Translations under genes and position numbers: made by a program
Shown here: one piece after another, positions 10,726 through 19,012 of the stretch
How the letters are laid out: each line of letters starts with the position of its first letter
Position numbering within the stretch: the first letter of the stretch is position 1
The notes under the pieces: model-generated
What the model was told of the DNA's origin: nothing
What the model saw: the letters and a program-made list of their open reading frames with translations, nothing else
Databases searched by the model: none
From: an uncultured bacterium
GTDB taxonomy: Bacteria > Bipolaricaulota > Bipolaricaulia > UBA7950 > UBA9294
Assembly (NCBI GenBank): GCA_965370555.1
Contig: CBDUVB010000003.1
Coordinates: forward strand, 20,357 to 84,356
DNA: 64,000 nucleotides
Direction: 5' to 3'

Positions 10726-10839
10726 ATGAAAGTTCGAAGTTCTGTAAAGAAGATGTGTGCTAAGTGCAAGGTGATTCGCCGCAATGGCCGGGTGATGATC
10801 ATCTGTAAGAATCCCAAGCACAAGCAGCGACAAGGCTAG
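10726..10839 (+). CDS. rpmJ: 50S ribosomal protein L36 (zinc-binding)
   Basis: 37 aa, [37 protein letters not shown]. Not in the ORF track because it is under 60 aa; canonical position between infA and rpsM. Confidence 0.85.
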   Translation: MKVRSSVKKMCAKCKVIRRNGRVMIICKNPKHKQRQG

Positions 10840-10851
10840 GGGGAGAGTACT

Positions 10852-11217
10852 ATGGCACGGATATCCGGGGTCAACCTACCTAATGACAAGAGGATAGAGA
10901 TAGGATTGACCTATATCTTCGGCATCGGTCGAACGCGAGCGGTGGAGATTATCGAGAAGACGGGGATCTCCCCGGACATACGCGGGAAGGACCTGACCGA
11001 GCAAGAGGTTGCTGCCCTGCGACGCGAGGTGGAACAGTTCGAGGTAGAGGGAGATCTGCGTCGTCGGGTCTTCTCGAACATCCAACGGTTGAAGGATATC
11101 AATGCCTATCGTGGGGTTCGTCATAAGAGGCGGCTTCCGGTTCGTGGGCAACGGACACGGTCTAACGCGCGCACATGGAAGGGATCCCGACCGGCTAAAG
11201 CAGGGAAGAAGAGGTAA
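10852..11217 (+). CDS. rpsM: 30S ribosomal protein S13
   Basis: 121 aa; [25 protein letters not shown]. Confidence 0.95.
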   Translation: MARISGVNLPNDKRIEIGLTYIFGIGRTRAVEIIEKTGISPDIRGKDLTEQEVAALRREVEQFEVEGDLRRRVFSNIQRLKDINAYRGVRHKRRLPVRGQRTRSNARTWKGSRPAKAGKKR

Positions 11218-11219
11218 AG

Positions 11220-11570
11220 ATGGCGAAGAATGTTAAGCTAGAGCGAGCGCGGATTCACATCCATGCCACCTATAACAACACCATCATCACGGTGACGGAC
11301 ATGAACGATAATCCGATCACCTGGAAGAGCCCGGGTGTTGTGGGGTACAAGGGATCGCGGAAGGGGACTCCTTATGCCGCTCAGATCGCGGCCGAGTCTC
11401 TCGTGCGTGAGCTTAAGGACTATGGGGTTCGATCGGTCAGTGTGGCGGTAAAAGGCACAGGATCGGGGCGCCAGTCTGTGGTTCAGACGATCAAAGGATC
11501 CGGGATTCGGGTTGAAGAAGTGCGCAACGTTACCCCGATCTCCCATAGCAGCGTCAAGGGGAGACGATAA
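11220..11570 (+). CDS. rpsK: 30S ribosomal protein S11
   Basis: 116 aa; S11 signature. Confidence 0.95.
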   Translation: MAKNVKLERARIHIHATYNNTIITVTDMNDNPITWKSPGVVGYKGSRKGTPYAAQIAAESLVRELKDYGVRSVSVAVKGTGSGRQSVVQTIKGSGIRVEEVRNVTPISHSSVKGRR

Positions 11571-12193
11571 TGGGAAGGGATACAGGGCCTAAGTGCAAGA
11601 AATGCCGCCGGGAAGGCGAGAAACTCTTCCTGAAGGGGGAGCGGTGCTACACGCAGAGCTGTCCGATGTCGCGGCGTAGCTCTCCGCCTGGAGAACGTCC
11701 GAGGAAACACCGTACGAGGCGGAGTCAGTACCTCCTTCACCTGCGTGAGAAGCAAAAGGTGCGTCGGATCTACGGGGTGCGTGAGCGGCAGTTCCGCAAT
11801 TATGTGATGCAGGCAAAGCGGCAGAAGGGAGTCACTGGTGACGCTCTGTTGACGCTCCTCGAACGGCGATTCGATAACGTGCTCTACCGTGCTGGATTTG
11901 CCGCCTCGCGTGACCAGGCCCGTCAGTTCATTACGCACGGACATTTCCAGTTGAACGGCCGTCCGAGCAATATTCCATCCATCTTGCTGAGCGAAGGAGA
12001 CACTGTTGAGGTGAAGGAAGGAAGACGGGCTCGGTTGAAGGCGATCCTTGAGACGAACAAGGGGCGCGAGCTTCCTCGCTGGCTGGAGAAGAACCTCGAC
12101 GCGATGAAGTTTCAAGCGATCGCGCTTCCCAACCTGGAGGAGACGGGGTACAGTATCGCTGCGAATCTGATTGTCGAGTATTACTCCCGCTAG
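11570..12193 (+). CDS. rpsD: 30S ribosomal protein S4 (Zn-finger form)
   Basis: 207 aa; N-terminal CKKCRREGEKLFLKGERCYTQSC. Confidence 0.95.
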   Translation: MGRDTGPKCKKCRREGEKLFLKGERCYTQSCPMSRRSSPPGERPRKHRTRRSQYLLHLREKQKVRRIYGVRERQFRNYVMQAKRQKGVTGDALLTLLERRFDNVLYRAGFAASRDQARQFITHGHFQLNGRPSNIPSILLSEGDTVEVKEGRRARLKAILETNKGRELPRWLEKNLDAMKFQAIALPNLEETGYSIAANLIVEYYSR

Positions 12194-12203
12194 GAGGTTA
12201 AAG

Positions 12204-13142
12204 ATGGATGAGCTGATCTTCCCGCAACAAGTCAAGGTCGAGGAGCTGTCCGAGCAGCAGGGAAGGATCGTTCTCGAACCGCTTGAACGGGGGTTCGCTA
12301 TGACATTGGGGAACAGCCTGCGGCGGATCCTTCTCTCTTCGATCCCAGGGGCGGCGGTGGTGCGGGTTAACTTTTCCGGCAAGTACCACGAGTACGATAC
12401 GATCGAGGGAGTCAGGGAGGATGTTCTCGAGATCATTCTCAACCTGAAGGGGCTTTCACTGCGTCTCTACGGCGAGGAACTGAAGCGCCTCACCCTTGAG
12501 AAGAGCGGTCCCTGTGAGGTGACTGCATCCGATATCGCGCTCCCGCCTGGGGTGGAGGTCATTAACCCCGACCTGCATATCGCGACGTTGAACGAGAAAG
12601 GGGCCCTTGAAGCGGAGATGGAGGTCGAAACAGGATACGGGTACCGGCCGGCGGAGATGAACCGGCTCGAGGATTCCCCCTTAGCCATCATCCCGATCGA
12701 TTCTGATTTCTCACCTGTGCGGCAGGTTAACTTCGTGGTCGAAGAGACTCGTGTCGGTGGGAAGACCGGTTACGAACGACTGATCCTCGATCTGACCACG
12801 ACCGGAGCGATCAAACCGGAGGAGGCGCTCTCCGAGGCGGCGCTGATCTTGCAACGCCACATCGACCTGTTCCAGGGGTTCGCAGAGCACCCGTTCGGGC
12901 TTGTTGTCGAGGAAGAAGACGCGGAAGAGAGCCTGCTGGGAGTCCCATTGAACAAACTTAACTTCGACCAGCGTGCCTGCAACCTCCTGCAGGAGGCGGA
13001 GATCACGACACTCGGTGAGCTCCTTGCCCGACCGCGCGAGGAACTGCTCGATATCCACGGTTTTGGGTCGAAAACCTTGAACAAGGTGGAAGATCGGCTG
13101 CGTGAGCTCGACTACCAGCTTAAGGAAGAAGGAGAAGGTTGA
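12204..13142 (+). CDS. rpoA: DNA-directed RNA polymerase subunit alpha
   Basis: Start trimmed to ATG 12204 (MDELIFPQQVKVEEL...), preceded by AGGAGG. It has the N-terminal domain and C-terminal domain. Confidence 0.95.
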   Translation: MDELIFPQQVKVEELSEQQGRIVLEPLERGFAMTLGNSLRRILLSSIPGAAVVRVNFSGKYHEYDTIEGVREDVLEIILNLKGLSLRLYGEELKRLTLEKSGPCEVTASDIALPPGVEVINPDLHIATLNEKGALEAEMEVETGYGYRPAEMNRLEDSPLAIIPIDSDFSPVRQVNFVVEETRVGGKTGYERLILDLTTTGAIKPEEALSEAALILQRHIDLFQGFAEHPFGLVVEEEDAEESLLGVPLNKLNFDQRACNLLQEAEITTLGELLARPREELLDIHGFGSKTLNKVEDRLRELDYQLKEEGEG

Positions 13143-13143
13143 G

Positions 13144-13494
13144 ATGAGGCATAGACGGACCATCGATAAGCTCGGCATGACGAAGACCCGACGTCAGAGC
13201 GTCTTGGCGAACATCACCAAGGGATTGATTCTTCACGAGAAGGTGGATACGACGTTCGAACGCGCCAAAGCCGGGCAGAGGTACGCAGAGCGAGTGATCA
13301 CCCTGGCACGGCGGGGAGACCTGCACGCGCGGAGGATCGTCTTCTCCCGCTTACGGGACAAGGAAGCGGTCGATAAGCTCTTCGCTGAGATCGGGCCACG
13401 GTTCAAAGATCGCCCTGGCGGCTATACACGTGTGTTGAAGCTCGGTCCCCGTCGTGGTGACGGCGCAGAGAAGGGCCGATTGATGTTCGTATAA
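13144..13494 (+). CDS. rplQ: 50S ribosomal protein L17
   Basis: Start trimmed to ATG 13144 (MRHRRTIDKLGMTKTRRQS...). Confidence 0.93.
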   Translation: MRHRRTIDKLGMTKTRRQSVLANITKGLILHEKVDTTFERAKAGQRYAERVITLARRGDLHARRIVFSRLRDKEAVDKLFAEIGPRFKDRPGGYTRVLKLGPRRGDGAEKGRLMFV

Positions 13495-13518
13495 GCGATT
13501 GAGATAGTATGCAAGCTG

Positions 13519-13555
13519 CCCCTCCACCCCATGGGTGAAGGGGTTTTTGCTTTTA
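13519..13555 (+). terminator. rho-independent terminator of the alpha-operon transcript
   Basis: Stem CCCCTCCACC / GGTGAAGGGG with a CCATG loop, followed by TTTTTGCTTTT. Confidence 0.55.
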
Positions 13556-13753
13556 ATCTCTTAGGAAACCAGGAGACCAGGAGACCAGGAAAGAGGTATG
13601 AGATAGTGGTTCACTATGAAGCCAGAGGAAACGCGTGTCTTTCTTGTTTCCAACTCAAGAATTCTGGCTCTTTTCCTGAATTCCTGATTTCCTTAGAGCA
13701 AAAACGCAGGCAAACTTAACTTTCAGTTACCCACTAAAAACGATAAAGAACCC
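13551..13753 (+). repeat. dispersed 200-bp element, copy A (95% identical to 23401..23594), with 30-bp internal inverted arms
   Basis: Direct alignment of the two copies; the arm CTCTTAGGAA(A/G)CCAGGAGACCAGGAAAGAG is the inverse complement of CTCTTTTCCTG(A/G)ATTCCTG(A/G)TTTCCTTAGAG. Confidence 0.6.
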
Positions 13754-13759
13754 TTTTCA

Positions 13760-14737
13760 TCAGTACAGGTTTCCCTGCTGCTGACGTTTGTCCAGGCGTG
13801 AGATCATCTCCGTGGTCATCGAAGCGAGGTCGTAGAAAGGCTCCCAACTCCACTCCTCACGTGCAGCACGATCGTCGATAGTCTGCGGCCATGTGTCAGC
13901 GATCTCTTGCCGGGTGTCCGGGGCATAGTCACAGATGAACTCCGGGATATGCTTTTTGATCTCCGTGGCGAGCTCACCGGCGGAGAAGCTCATCCCGGCG
14001 AGGTTGAAGTCGCAGTGATGGACCAAGCGGGCGGGATCGGCCTCCATCAGGTCGATCGTCGCCTTGATGCAATCAGGCATGTACATCATTGGAAGGACCG
14101 TGTCTTCCCGCACGAAGCACGTGTAGCGCTTGTTCCTTACCGCCTCGTAGAAGATCTCCACGGCGTAGTCGGTCGTCCCGCCACCCGGTGGGGTTTCGCT
14201 GGAGATGATCCCGGGGTAGCGCAGGCCACGCACGTCCAACCCGAAGCGATGGGCGTAGTAGTTTCCCAGGAGCTCTCCGGCTACCTTGCTCACCCCGTAG
14301 ATCGTTCTTGGGCGAAGGATCGTCTCCTGCGGAGCACGGTCGTGCGGTGTCTCCGGTCCAAAGACCGCGATCGAGCTTGGCAAAAAGACACGTGTTAACT
14401 TGCGTTCTCGCGCCACCTCAAGGATGTTGTACAACCCGCCCGTGTTGACGGTCCAGGCGAGCTGTGGCCTATCTTCGCCGACCGCGGATAGGATCGCCGC
14501 CATGTGGTAGATGGTATCGATCTTGTGGCGGTCGACCACCCGTTCGATCTGTTCCCTGTCAACGACGTCGATCGTCTCAAACGGGCCGGAGTCCCGGAGA
14601 GCAGGGCTCGGTTCGGTTCGGTGCCCGGTCGCGATGACGTTCTGCGCACCGTAACGCTCGCGCAGCGCCAGGGTCAGCTCAGAGCCGATCTGTCCAGCGG
14701 CCCCGGTTATAAGTATTCGTTCTGTTCTTTCCGTCAA
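13760..14737 (-). CDS. tdh: L-threonine 3-dehydrogenase (NAD-dependent epimerase/dehydratase-type SDR)
   Basis: 325 aa with ITGAAGQIGSEL, YGVSK and PPGGGTTDYAVEIF, colinear with the epimerase-fold Tdh proteins. Confidence 0.75.
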   Translation of the reverse strand: MTERTERILITGAAGQIGSELTLALRERYGAQNVIATGHRTEPSPALRDSGPFETIDVVDREQIERVVDRHKIDTIYHMAAILSAVGEDRPQLAWTVNTGGLYNILEVARERKLTRVFLPSSIAVFGPETPHDRAPQETILRPRTIYGVSKVAGELLGNYYAHRFGLDVRGLRYPGIISSETPPGGGTTDYAVEIFYEAVRNKRYTCFVREDTVLPMMYMPDCIKATIDLMEADPARLVHHCDFNLAGMSFSAGELATEIKKHIPEFICDYAPDTRQEIADTWPQTIDDRAAREEWSWEPFYDLASMTTEMISRLDKRQQQGNLY

Positions 14738-14807
14738 AGAAACCTCCCTCTCTTTAGCTGAGCGCTGTATTCTACGCTACCGTGAGGGGGAGGGGCAACG
14801 GAGATAT

Positions 14808-15701
14808 CTACGCCCCGTACTGCCAGAGAAGGAACGCGAGAACCGATGTGAATAGGCTCACGATCCCTAATGTAGTGACCGCTTTCTTCTCTCCTCTGTG
14901 CGCGGCCAGCCGGTGGTGGATGTGTTCTCTATCCCCTTGAAAGATCGAGCGGTGGTGTACCAGGCGGCGAAGGACGGCGAACGTCGTGTCGCTTAAGGGG
15001 ACGGCAGCGATGAGAAGCGCCGGAACGACCGCCCATTCACCTTCCCCGCGCTGGAAGATCGCGAGTGTGAGAAGGGCGAGGAGGTAGCCGATGAACTCGG
15101 CTCCGGTGTCCCCCAGGAGGAGCCGTCCGTGGTGGCGGTTGAGCGGATAGAACCCCAAGAGGGCACCCAGCGCCGCGAGCGATAGGGCTCCACCCGTGAC
15201 GTTCTTCCCGAGGATAGCGACGATGGCGAGTGCGCCGAACGGTGGGGCCAAGACCGTGATCAGGAGACCATCGAGTCCATCGATCAGGTTCGCCGCGTTG
15301 ATCAGGGTGAGGATCCACAGGAAGGTGACGATCCATTGAACACTTCCAAGGGGAAGGGGAACGCCAAGAGACACGGCTTGGATGGAAGAGAGCCCCGCTG
15401 TGGCCAGTGCGGCGGCTATTCCCTGGCCTACGAGTTTCTGCCACGGGGAGAGATCGATCCGATCGTCGATAAGACCGATGAGGATAATAACCCCCGATCC
15501 AAGCAAGAGAAAAGGGTCGATCGAGGGAATGATCACGGCCCCGCCGACGAGGATCCCGAGGACGAGGGCCAGTCCCCCGATGGCGCGTCCGTCCTCACGA
15601 GCGTAGAAGGGCCACCGTTTCACCACGTAGAGGATTGCAAAGGCTCCTAAGATCGTTACGCTCCACCCCAGCCCTGCCGCGATGAGAAGGGTCCCGTTCA
15701 T
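14808..15701 (-). CDS. glycosyltransferase family 4 (MraY/WecA-type polyprenyl-phosphate hexosamine-1-phosphate transferase)
   Basis: 10-TM protein with GLIDDRIDLSP and the NLIDGLDGL motif. Confidence 0.75.
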   Translation of the reverse strand: MNGTLLIAAGLGWSVTILGAFAILYVVKRWPFYAREDGRAIGGLALVLGILVGGAVIIPSIDPFLLLGSGVIILIGLIDDRIDLSPWQKLVGQGIAAALATAGLSSIQAVSLGVPLPLGSVQWIVTFLWILTLINAANLIDGLDGLLITVLAPPFGALAIVAILGKNVTGGALSLAALGALLGFYPLNRHHGRLLLGDTGAEFIGYLLALLTLAIFQRGEGEWAVVPALLIAAVPLSDTTFAVLRRLVHHRSIFQGDREHIHHRLAAHRGEKKAVTTLGIVSLFTSVLAFLLWQYGA

Positions 15702-15773
15702 ACAGCAAGTGTAGGAATCAGACCAAAAACAGACAAGGAACGAGGCAGGCCTTCGTGATAACGAGGTTGCTTG

Positions 15774-17027
15774 CTACCAGGATACAGTCATCGAGATCTT
15801 CCATTCGGAGAACCCGGTGGTATCGATGATTACCGTGCTCGTTGCGGAGAAGGCCTGCCCGAGGTTCAGAGTTACTCCCATCTCGCTCTTCCCCCAGTCG
15901 AACAACAGCCCCGTGGAGGTGGAAAAGAAGGTGGAGACCGAGAAGGTGAAACTTCCTCCCATCCCTAGGACCGGAGTCTCGACTGCCAACGAGATGATCT
16001 CCCAGTACTCTTGCGCGTAGAACAGGTGACCCCCATCTATGGCATCCGACTCCAGCTCGATGACCGAGCCGTACGCTGGCGTGGTGATGACGTAGTCCGT
16101 CGTATTCAGGTTGGAGATGCTGGTGAAAGTCGTTCCAGCGAAGGAGGCTTGAAATGCAACCCCGTAGATCTCGATCCCCGTAATCTCCCCTTCGCTTCCC
16201 AAGATACCGCTGTAGATCTTCAGACAACCGTAGTTTGTCTCTAGGGAGGGAGTGAACGTATGACTCGCGGTCTGGAGCGAGAAGACGTAGTTAAGCGTTA
16301 GGTTGAGAGGAAGCCCGAACAGGTGTATGAACGACAGTTCGATCTCCTGGCTCTCGAACCCGGTCTTGGCGAAGGTGGTGACGCTCGTCAGGTCGATGCA
16401 CGAGAAGAGCGCCGCCTTGAATGTGAACTCCTCCCCTGAGAAGCAGAGGCAAGCGGAGTCGCTGGTGGGATCGGTGAGGTACGTCTTTGTGAGGAGGTTT
16501 GAGCTGGTATTGGAAGCGGTTTGGACGAAAGTGATCCCACTCAGGTCGGCCCCGAGGAACGTCGCGCTCTCGAACGATGCGTACCCGTTCAAGAGTTCTC
16601 CGTAGATATCGAGGACGTACCCATAGTTCAACCCATGGGAGGTGAGCGGGCCGGTCATTGCAGAGTAAATCTTCATTGTCAGCGGGTAGAAGTTAAGCGT
16701 GAGGACACCCTGCGTGTAGAGGAACGACCCGGATTGAGGCTCGAAGAGGAGAACTCCATCGAAGGAGACGAACCCCAACGAGGCGCAGAGGCCGAACTCT
16801 TGCCATAGCCACCCACTGGAGATGAAATCAGAAGAGCTTGATACCTCCAAGAAACCGATGTGAAAGGAGACGTCAAGGGTTGAGGTGAAAGACGTGAACG
16901 GCATTGTCTGCTGTGGGGACAGGCTGATCTCTGACTCCCACGTTCCAGTAAACGGCCCCAAGGCCAGACAGGTGCTCGCCCCCAGAAGAATCAGCACGAC
17001 TGCAATAACTACGCTACGATAGGTCAC
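15774..17027 (-). CDS. secreted Ser/Thr/Gly/Phe-rich protein, predicted outer-membrane beta-barrel (paralog of 60463..61680)
   Basis: Signal peptide, amphipathic alternating-residue segments throughout, C-terminal beta-signal ...WKISMTVSW. Confidence 0.45.
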   Translation of the reverse strand: MTYRSVVIAVVLILLGASTCLALGPFTGTWESEISLSPQQTMPFTSFTSTLDVSFHIGFLEVSSSSDFISSGWLWQEFGLCASLGFVSFDGVLLFEPQSGSFLYTQGVLTLNFYPLTMKIYSAMTGPLTSHGLNYGYVLDIYGELLNGYASFESATFLGADLSGITFVQTASNTSSNLLTKTYLTDPTSDSACLCFSGEEFTFKAALFSCIDLTSVTTFAKTGFESQEIELSFIHLFGLPLNLTLNYVFSLQTASHTFTPSLETNYGCLKIYSGILGSEGEITGIEIYGVAFQASFAGTTFTSISNLNTTDYVITTPAYGSVIELESDAIDGGHLFYAQEYWEIISLAVETPVLGMGGSFTFSVSTFFSTSTGLLFDWGKSEMGVTLNLGQAFSATSTVIIDTTGFSEWKISMTVSW

Positions 17028-17371
17028 TGGATGCTCCCTTTTATTCTGGCCTTAATCCCCTGCAGGCGATGCATACAGGCTCCTTATTCTCTTTATGATC
17101 TGACCCTATCTTGTTCCTTGGTGATCCTCCACACACTCCGACCGGGGAAGAGGAGAAATCGATCACCTAGCAACCCATCGCCTGTCCTCATTGAGGGGGA
17201 CATCCTTATGGCAGCGCTTCTTTCTGCCTTCAAGCTTAATCCATGTTTTCAAGCATTTTACCGCAGAGGACGCTGAAGAATTGAGAGATCGGGAGGGGAA
17301 AGGGAGACACAGGGAGCGGGAGACACGGAGACGCGGGGAACTCGTTATCACTCGCTCAAGAGGTTCAATCA

Positions 17372-17404
17372 CTCAATCACTCAATCACTAACTCACTCAA
17401 TCCT
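17372..17404 (+). repeat. tandem 8-bp AATCACTC array, one of three dispersed copies
   Basis: AATCACTC AATCACTC AATCACTA ACTCACTC AATCC. Related arrays occur at 43073..43115 and 58395..58470. Confidence 0.45.
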
Positions 17405-17454
17405 ACGGCCTGAAAGCCATTGGAAAAGGGGCGCTCTTGTGGTAGACTCGAAAC

Positions 17455-18264
17455 ATGATGCGACGATTCGTGTTCCTTGCCCATAAGGCACCGGTGACAC
17501 CCGAGTTTACGTTGAACGATCTTCCCGGGAGTGCGGGAAGGCTGGATGTGCTCTGCCGTGGGATAGGGGCCGCCTTCTTCCTGTCGCACGACCTCAGGAG
17601 GGATGTCGAGGTCATCCTGCTGTTGCAGGATCAGGTGCAGGTGCGCCTGGTTGGGAAGAGGGTGAAGCGGCTCAATCCCGATGAGCGGTCGACGGCCGCC
17701 CTGATCAAACACGCTTTGGAGAAGTTAGCAGAAGAGGAGGTGGAGAGCACACCGGGAGTCTTCGTCTCCCCCCGAACGCTCCCTATGATCCTCGATTGTC
17801 TTTATCAGGTGGGGGCGCATCCGATCGTCTTGCACGAAGATGGTGTTCCGATTGAGTCCTTCTCCATGCCTACGAATCCAGCCTTCTTCCTCTCCGATCA
17901 CGAGGAGTTCTCCCTATCGGATGGGGAGGCCCTCGTGGATCTGCCGCGTGTCTCTCTGGGCAAGCAGCCGTTGCACGCGAGCCAGTGCATCACCATCGTC
18001 CACTACTTGCTCGACCGTCGGCAGGAGGATGAGAGTGATCTTGTCCTTTGCCACAAGGTGTGGGGCGATCCGAAGGCTCTTTTGATCCGGGGGCTACTGG
18101 ATGATTTCAACATTCCGGTCAACCTTGTCACGCACGTCCCTCACTCGGTTTGGCCGATCAATATCGATGGGCTCGGCGAGGTGCGGATCATGGTGCGCGA
18201 GCGGGATCTAACACGCGCTAGAGAAATCATATCCGACTACTTTGAGGAGCCGACGGACGCGTAG
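17455..18264 (+). CDS. trmY: tRNA (pseudouridine54-N1)-methyltransferase TrmY (SPOUT, DUF358) fused to a C-terminal DUF2007-like domain
   Basis: The first 200 aa are colinear with archaeal TrmY (FVF.AHKA....F.LNDLPGS.GRLDVLCR.....FFLSHD.RRDV ... HASQCITIVH). The last 70 aa (LVLCHKVWGDPK...VRIMVRERDLTRAREIISDY) fit the DUF2007 pattern. Confidence 0.7.
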   Translation: MMRRFVFLAHKAPVTPEFTLNDLPGSAGRLDVLCRGIGAAFFLSHDLRRDVEVILLLQDQVQVRLVGKRVKRLNPDERSTAALIKHALEKLAEEEVESTPGVFVSPRTLPMILDCLYQVGAHPIVLHEDGVPIESFSMPTNPAFFLSDHEEFSLSDGEALVDLPRVSLGKQPLHASQCITIVHYLLDRRQEDESDLVLCHKVWGDPKALLIRGLLDDFNIPVNLVTHVPHSVWPINIDGLGEVRIMVRERDLTRAREIISDYFEEPTDA

Positions 18265-18322
18265 AGATCTGTGGCTCACCGCTCTCCATGGTGCGGATTG
18301 AGTTCAACTATAAAGGAGGGAT

Positions 18323-19012
18323 GTGGGAAAGCGGATTCTGGTTGTCGATGACGAGAAAGAGCTGGTGGATACGGTTGCCGATTACCTTCGCCAAGCCGGT
18401 TATCGACCGATCAAGGCCTACGATGGCCAGTCGGCCTTGGCCGCCTTTCAGGAACAGGTTCCTGCTCTGGTGATCCTCGATCTTGGCCTTCCCGACATGG
18501 ACGGGCTCGATCTCGCCAAAGAGATCCGCCGTCAGTCACAGGTTCCTTTTATCATGCTCACCGCCCGGAGCCAGGAAATCGATCGCATCGTCGGGCTCGA
18601 AATAGGGGCCGATGATTACATCACCAAGCCATTCAGTCCGCGCGAGCTTATCCTGCGAGTTCAAGCGGTCCTCCGCCGATTGGAGGGCGCGGCTGGTATG
18701 GAAGGACCGCTGAAGGTGGGAGCATTGACGATCGATCTGACGAGTCGTGAAGCGTGGCTCGGCGAGAAGCGGCTCAATCTTACCCCAACCGAGTTTGACC
18801 TCCTCCTCTTCCTTGCCCGCCAGCCGAATCGGGTCTTTACACGCATGCAGCTACTGGAAGAGGTACAGGGGTATACCACGGCGGCCCTGATCCGAAACAT
18901 CGACAATCACGTGATGAACCTACGCCGCAAGATCGAGGAAGATCCAGTGCACCCGCGACTTCTCAAGACCGTGTACGGAGTCGGCTACAAACTGATCGCG
19001 GGAAAGGAATGA
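18323..19012 (+). CDS. OmpR/PhoB-family response regulator
   Basis: Receiver domain (VVDDE...DLGLPDMDG...) plus a winged-helix trans_reg_C domain. Confidence 0.9.
   Translation: MGKRILVVDDEKELVDTVADYLRQAGYRPIKAYDGQSALAAFQEQVPALVILDLGLPDMDGLDLAKEIRRQSQVPFIMLTARSQEIDRIVGLEIGADDYITKPFSPRELILRVQAVLRRLEGAAGMEGPLKVGALTIDLTSREAWLGEKRLNLTPTEFDLLLFLARQPNRVFTRMQLLEEVQGYTTAALIRNIDNHVMNLRRKIEEDPVHPRLLKTVYGVGYKLIAGKE

Noticed and set aside
17340-17404. The AATCACTC arrays as CRISPR
   Set aside because: The repeat unit is only 8 bp, tandem without spacers, and no cas genes are present.
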